The notes below the pieces were generated by a model, which was given only the letters and a program-made list of their open reading frames with translations, was not told the DNA's origin and ran no database searches. A DNA stretch of 64,000 bases from Chrysomallon squamiferum (lineage: Eukaryota > Animalia > Mollusca): NCBI GenBank assembly GCA_012295275.1, contig CM022668.1, positions 12,896,001 through 12,960,000 on the forward strand. Reading direction: 5' to 3'. The first letter of the stretch is position 1. The number at the start of each line of letters is the position of its first letter. Positions 58,565 through 64,000 of the stretch are shown here, one piece after another. A program made the translations under genes and the position numbers.

Positions 58565-59070
58565 CTCCAGTGACAGCAATATTTCGTCGCAGACGACATC
58601 AACTTTGTCTTCAATATTCCGATTCCAAAATCAAATAAAATTCTTCATTTCGTGTCTGCTACTTGCAGCCGAACTTCTCGGATGTGTCAAACAATTTGTT
58701 TTACATTCGCTTCAACGAGAAACATAATGCAGCAATCGTATTCAGTGGCAACTTCTTTTACTACCTTCAGCACGACACGCTGTGATCTATTAACTAAAAA
58801 ATCCTTCCTACATGAGCTTCTATCCGTGTCTGTCAAATATTCCTCTCCGATTCTCACGTCTGTCATTTCCCTACTTAGACATACCCTCGCCCATTCCATC
58901 GACGCTTTCACATCACGGAAAATATCGAAGATATCCGAACCTCACTGTCATCTTGCGGATGCCGATTTGCTAATGATGGCCGATCGATTGGTCTGTCCAC
59001 TGTTCGTGACCAGCTTGTTGAAAACTTAATATTAAGGGCGGATCCAATTTTCGTGGTTCAGGAGATGCAC
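58565..59070 (-). other. Probable non-coding first exon (5' UTR) of the MPP7-like gene; 5' end approximate
   Basis: CpG-containing non-repetitive island ending in a good donor GAG|gtgagg (GT at 58564-58563). The 48546 exon has an acceptor and so needs an upstream exon. Confidence 0.55.
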
Positions 59071-59127
59071 TGTTAATTTATTTTTCTTCTTCGTCATCAT
59101 CACCATCATCTTCTTCTTTTTCTTTTT

Positions 59128-59165
<38 letters not shown>

Positions 59166-59181
59166 TATTATTATTATTATT

Positions 59182-59221
<40 letters not shown>

Positions 59222-59339
59222 TTCATGATTATTTATTTATTCATTATTATTATTTTTAGTATCTTTTTTTTTCTTTTTCTTTTTTTTTTTTTTTTTTATT
59301 TATTTTTTAAATATAAGTAAATAAATGTGTATTGTCTGA

Positions 59340-59371
<32 letters not shown>

Positions 59372-61008
59372 CTATACATACATTCAATATTCAGGTCCAT
59401 TAATTATAAAACACTATCGTAATATAATGAGTACAATTGTTTTAGGTAACAACATAATTAAGATTATTTGCTAACAACACACGTTAAAAACTATTCTTGA
59501 TCTCACACATTCAAACCATCACGGACTCGACAAAACGCATATATACACAAAACACACGTATCGTCTTTCTTAATCGAGACTATTCATTTCCACGCAGACG
59601 TAATTTCCTTGGTGATAATCGTCATGTAAATGACGCCAAGAAATCCATGAAAGTAATTTGAAAAGGTGAAGAATAATTTACTGGCAAGTTTTATTTATAA
59701 CTCTGTAAATTACTGCAGTAGGTTTCATTTATTTATTTATTTATTTTTATTTATTAATTTAATGTTTTGTTTTATTAATGGGTTTTTTTCTCTCTCTCTC
59801 TCTTTCCAATTATCAATTATTTGTTTTCCTATTCAAGAGCTAGTCCTGCCATATTGTTGACAGCGAAAAGCGATAACTGATGTTTCCTTGGTGATGGGGT
59901 GTCTCTTACTACATTAATTCATCTGTTCTTTTGCAAACTACAAGTAATGAACCGAGAATTTACTACTTCTTCTCCTCGCAGGAAAGAGACAACATATCTA
60001 AATAATAATAAGAAGAAGACCACAGTAACAGCATTTCCTATTTCTTAATTAATTATTTTATTTATTTATTTAGAAGAAGAAGAAAAGAAGAAAAAGGATA
60101 ATAATAAGAACCACAATCACAAAACAGCAGCAATAACAAAAACAATAATAATAATAAAAATGTTGATAATTATGATGATGATGATGAGGAGGATAACAAA
60201 GACAACATCAATTCCAAAAGCTATGAATACATGGTAAATAGAAATACATATACATTTTAAGAATTAACACATGCGCACACACATATAAACACAAACAAAC
60301 ACCAACACATATATTCACAAATGCATGTATATGTATAGTTCACATAAATTGTAACTACTTCAGTACATATTTTTCGATTAATTTTCTTCTATTATTCAAT
60401 TAATCTTAAATTTTTTCCCCCAGATATTTCATGTATTCTCGTCTGACTTTGTTTTCTCCAGATAAAGTCTAAATTAGTAATTAGATTAAAATTATTTTAT
60501 AACAGTCTGAATCTTCGGTAAAACAAAGTCATTATAAATTTGACTTCTACTCGGAATATCATTGTGTATTTTTCAAGCATGATTACAGTAACGAAGCTAG
60601 CGATAATAAGAATTTAAAAACGAAACAAAAATGAATAAACAAAGAAAACAAAACAACGTAATTCTATAATAATATTCACGAAATTCTCTGAACTGTCCAT
60701 ATTTATCCTTTCATAAAATTATTATTTCATACAATTTGATGAAGTACTTACGGAAATTAACTGTTTTTAAGATAAACTAACAGATTTTTTTTTATTCCTG
60801 TATTTTATGTGAGTTTCCCATATAATCTCAAATACTAAACCTATACATGGTTAAGATGTAAGCTTAACCCGTTTTCATTTTGCTATGAATGATGCGTACA
60901 ATTAAATTTCAGGTCATTATGGTAACGTGCATTTCATTATGATTGAATCTGGCGATCTATTTATCGTCAATAATTTCAAGGGAACTTTGAACAGTAATGC
61001 AACAGATT

Positions 61009-61047
<39 letters not shown>

Positions 61048-61813
61048 ATCATCATCATCATTATTATTGTTTTTAATATAATTTTTATTTTATTTTAATT
61101 TATTTTTTGAAATTCTTTTACTCTTTTAATCGAACGTAAGTCGACAACTCTTATTAATTCGTTAGAAATGAAATAAAATCAGAAACATTTTCTAACAATG
61201 AACGATACTAAACCGCGTACATCTGAAAAACCGCTAACGCAGCGAATCTGGAGAAAGGTTTTCCACTCTCCTGGATTTTATGAAAGACAGGAGTGGCCAT
61301 TTAAATTGATTTTTTGTTTTAAGTATCGAAATGATTCGACTAGATTCATCATTCGGAGTAAGTATGAACAGTATTTTATTTGTTTAAGCTCGACTGTTGA
61401 TAGTTTAAAAAAATAGGGTGAAAAAAAAAAAAAGGAAAAAAGACGATTAAAAAAAAAATAATAATAATAATGGTAAAACTGGGAAGCAATGTATGAAGAT
61501 ATTGGCTATGCAGTATACATCCTTGTGTTATTTCGAGTTAATCCATATTGATACATCATTATATCGATCAAAAGTTATTTAAAATGCATTCTGAGATTTT
61601 ATATATTCTCAGTGAAATATTTATTTCTAGCGACAAGATTATTTATTTTAAAAAATCATAATAATAATAAAGTAATATAAACAGCTCATAAACAGAAAAA
61701 GAACTAGTATTTTCTCTTTCGCTGTTTTCATTAAGACATGCTGAAAAGACAAAATTGTAGGCGAAAATACTTTAGTGATAGAAACCTATCATACATACAT
61801 GCATACATACATA

Positions 61814-61844
<31 letters not shown>

Positions 61845-62395
61845 ATCAGAAACGCTTTGCTGTTGAAAAAAATTGCAAAATGGATAGACGTCTTTCAAAG
61901 TCGAGACTAATTTTTCTTTTGTAAACGTCATGTCTTTATTGATTGGTCACGTCATTTCCTTAATGATTGATTACCTTATTCTTTTGAAAATAAATGGGTA
62001 AGCAATGTTTGTTTAGAAATATAATAATCATAATAATAATAATAATAATATTAATAAATAAATAACCACTGTTTAACTTGATAATAGTACAAATACTGTA
62101 AAAAAAAAATGTTTACCTTATGAACTGAGAGCTTAAATTATGCTATAAATTTGTTCTTATCTTGCAGGATCAGTTTCACGGGACGATCGATAAGATTTGA
62201 ATAATCAGAAATTAAAACCAGGCTGAGACTGAACTTTTGCTTAGGGCAATCTAGAATTAAAATTTATTTAAATACTTCGATTTTCTATTAGAGAATAGCC
62301 TATCTTTGTTTTGCAATTTTTAGTTTATACAGCTCTTCGATTTGTCTGAGCAGTATCAGGAGGGTAAATTTGTCCACAAGTTTTCTTATTGTATT

Positions 62396-62479
<84 letters not shown>

Positions 62480-62679
62480 AATTACTAATATGTTGTTTTT
62501 TTTTTATAATTATTATTATTCTGTTTTATTTATTTATTTATTTATTTTTAAGTTATTATTTTTTGAAGATGAGAACCATCACTCATTGTTATGAAGAACT
62601 TATTTGAGACTGTTAATAGGTGCGACGTTACAAAAACAGGTAAAATTACAATTTCCTTTATGTGTATATATATTTTATA

Positions 62680-62750
62680 TACACACATACACATACACAC
62701 ATGTTTAAATGTTATATACTATGTTTAAATGTTATGTATATGTACATATG

Positions 62751-62816
<66 letters not shown>

Positions 62817-62966
62817 CATACATACATATATGAATGTATAGATATATAAATATGTGTATATGCGTGTGTGTGTGTACATGTATATGTGTATATGTTTATA
62901 TGTATATCTATTCGTATGTGCAAATGTATATGTATCTATGTATTTCTGTATGCATGTATGTATGTG

Positions 62967-63023
<57 letters not shown>

Positions 63024-63166
63024 GTGTGTGTGTGTGTACGTAGATGGATATGTATGTACATATGTTTGTAGTATTTGTAGTATATTTGCATATATATGTA
63101 TGCAGGTATGTATGTGTATGTATATCTATTTGTGTAAGTGTGTGTTTAGGTGTGATTGTGTTTGTG

Positions 63167-63206
<40 letters not shown>
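62680..63206. repeat. Compound (TA)n/(TATG)n/(TG)n microsatellite block
   Basis: Directly visible. Confidence 0.9.
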
Positions 63207-63208
<2 letters not shown>

Positions 63209-64000
63209 AATATGTGTAAGTTATGAGCTCAGATTCTGAACAAACTGTGATCTTCTGACATGCATGAAGTACAGAAGTCAGATTGCGAGTCACTGGCGTG
63301 GCCTAAAAACCCGTAAACTTTGTCTGCTGCCAGATTTACAGAAACTGACAAGCAGACCGCAATCCTCTCACATGCACATCAGAATTAAAAAAATTAAGAT
63401 AAAAAAAAAAAGCAACAACAAAACCAAATACGTCCGGCCAAATATCGAATTTGATTTTAATACAAAATGAATAGTGAGAAGGTGAAAAAAAAACAAAATA
63501 TTTACGTATATTTCAGCTTATTTTTTTATTTTTAGTTTTTTTCTTCTTCTTAATTTTAGTTCCATATCTGTTTAGAATACAAACCTATCATCTCGATTAA
63601 TCTTGACGTGTGATGTGGATCGCTCGATATATTGGCACTGTAATCAAATATTCTGGTTTGTTCAGAGAAAAATATAGTCGCGACTTTTTCTCTTTTTTTT
63701 TTTTTTTTGATTTCTTTTATCTAAAGCAGTTTTATTTTATTTTCTTCTTTGTAAAATGGATGAATGTATGTTTACTGTCTTAAAGTAACATAGCTGTATT
63801 AAATTGCTTATGACGACTGTGTATCGAAGGCTGTTGAATGTTTTTCTGTTTATGGGAATGTTCTCGTAAATAATCCCTTACTTGCTAATCGATGAAAAGT
63901 CCGTGTTTACAACGGTGGGTTTTCTGTTATATCATTATTTATTATTGTTATTACTGTTATTTATTTATTTATTTAATCTGGTTGTTTGTTATTTTTTGTT

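Noticed and set aside
58652-59029. ORFs on both strands in the CpG-containing island
   Set aside because: No recognisable homology; better explained as 5' UTR, since the downstream exon has an in-frame stop before its ATG.

Overview
Very AT-rich, microsatellite-dense animal genomic DNA. It is probably from a lophotrochozoan such as a mollusc, but the taxon cannot be fixed from this window. Most ORFs in the supplied track are microsatellite noise. Manual splice reconstruction gives two convergent (tail-to-tail) multi-exon MAGUK-superfamily genes. (1) A voltage-gated calcium channel beta subunit (CACNB) on +, with 10 firm coding exons at 11598-21055, a probable first exon at 1229-1333 and an apparent 1-nt frameshift in a C-run of the last exon. 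(2) An MPP7/MPP3-like p55 MAGUK (L27-L27-PDZ-SH3-GK, 17 coding exons, about 575 aa) on -, at 33041-48465, with one GC-AG intron and a probable non-coding first exon near 58565-59070. The most striking pattern is that about ten exon boundaries across both genes are sources of local tandem duplications. These copy the splice site, usually with the adjacent exon end (or the stop codon), into the flanking intron or UTR and create arrays of decoy donors and acceptors. Some copies look like in-frame micro-exons, and one array fragment reappears inside another array about 4.6 kb away.
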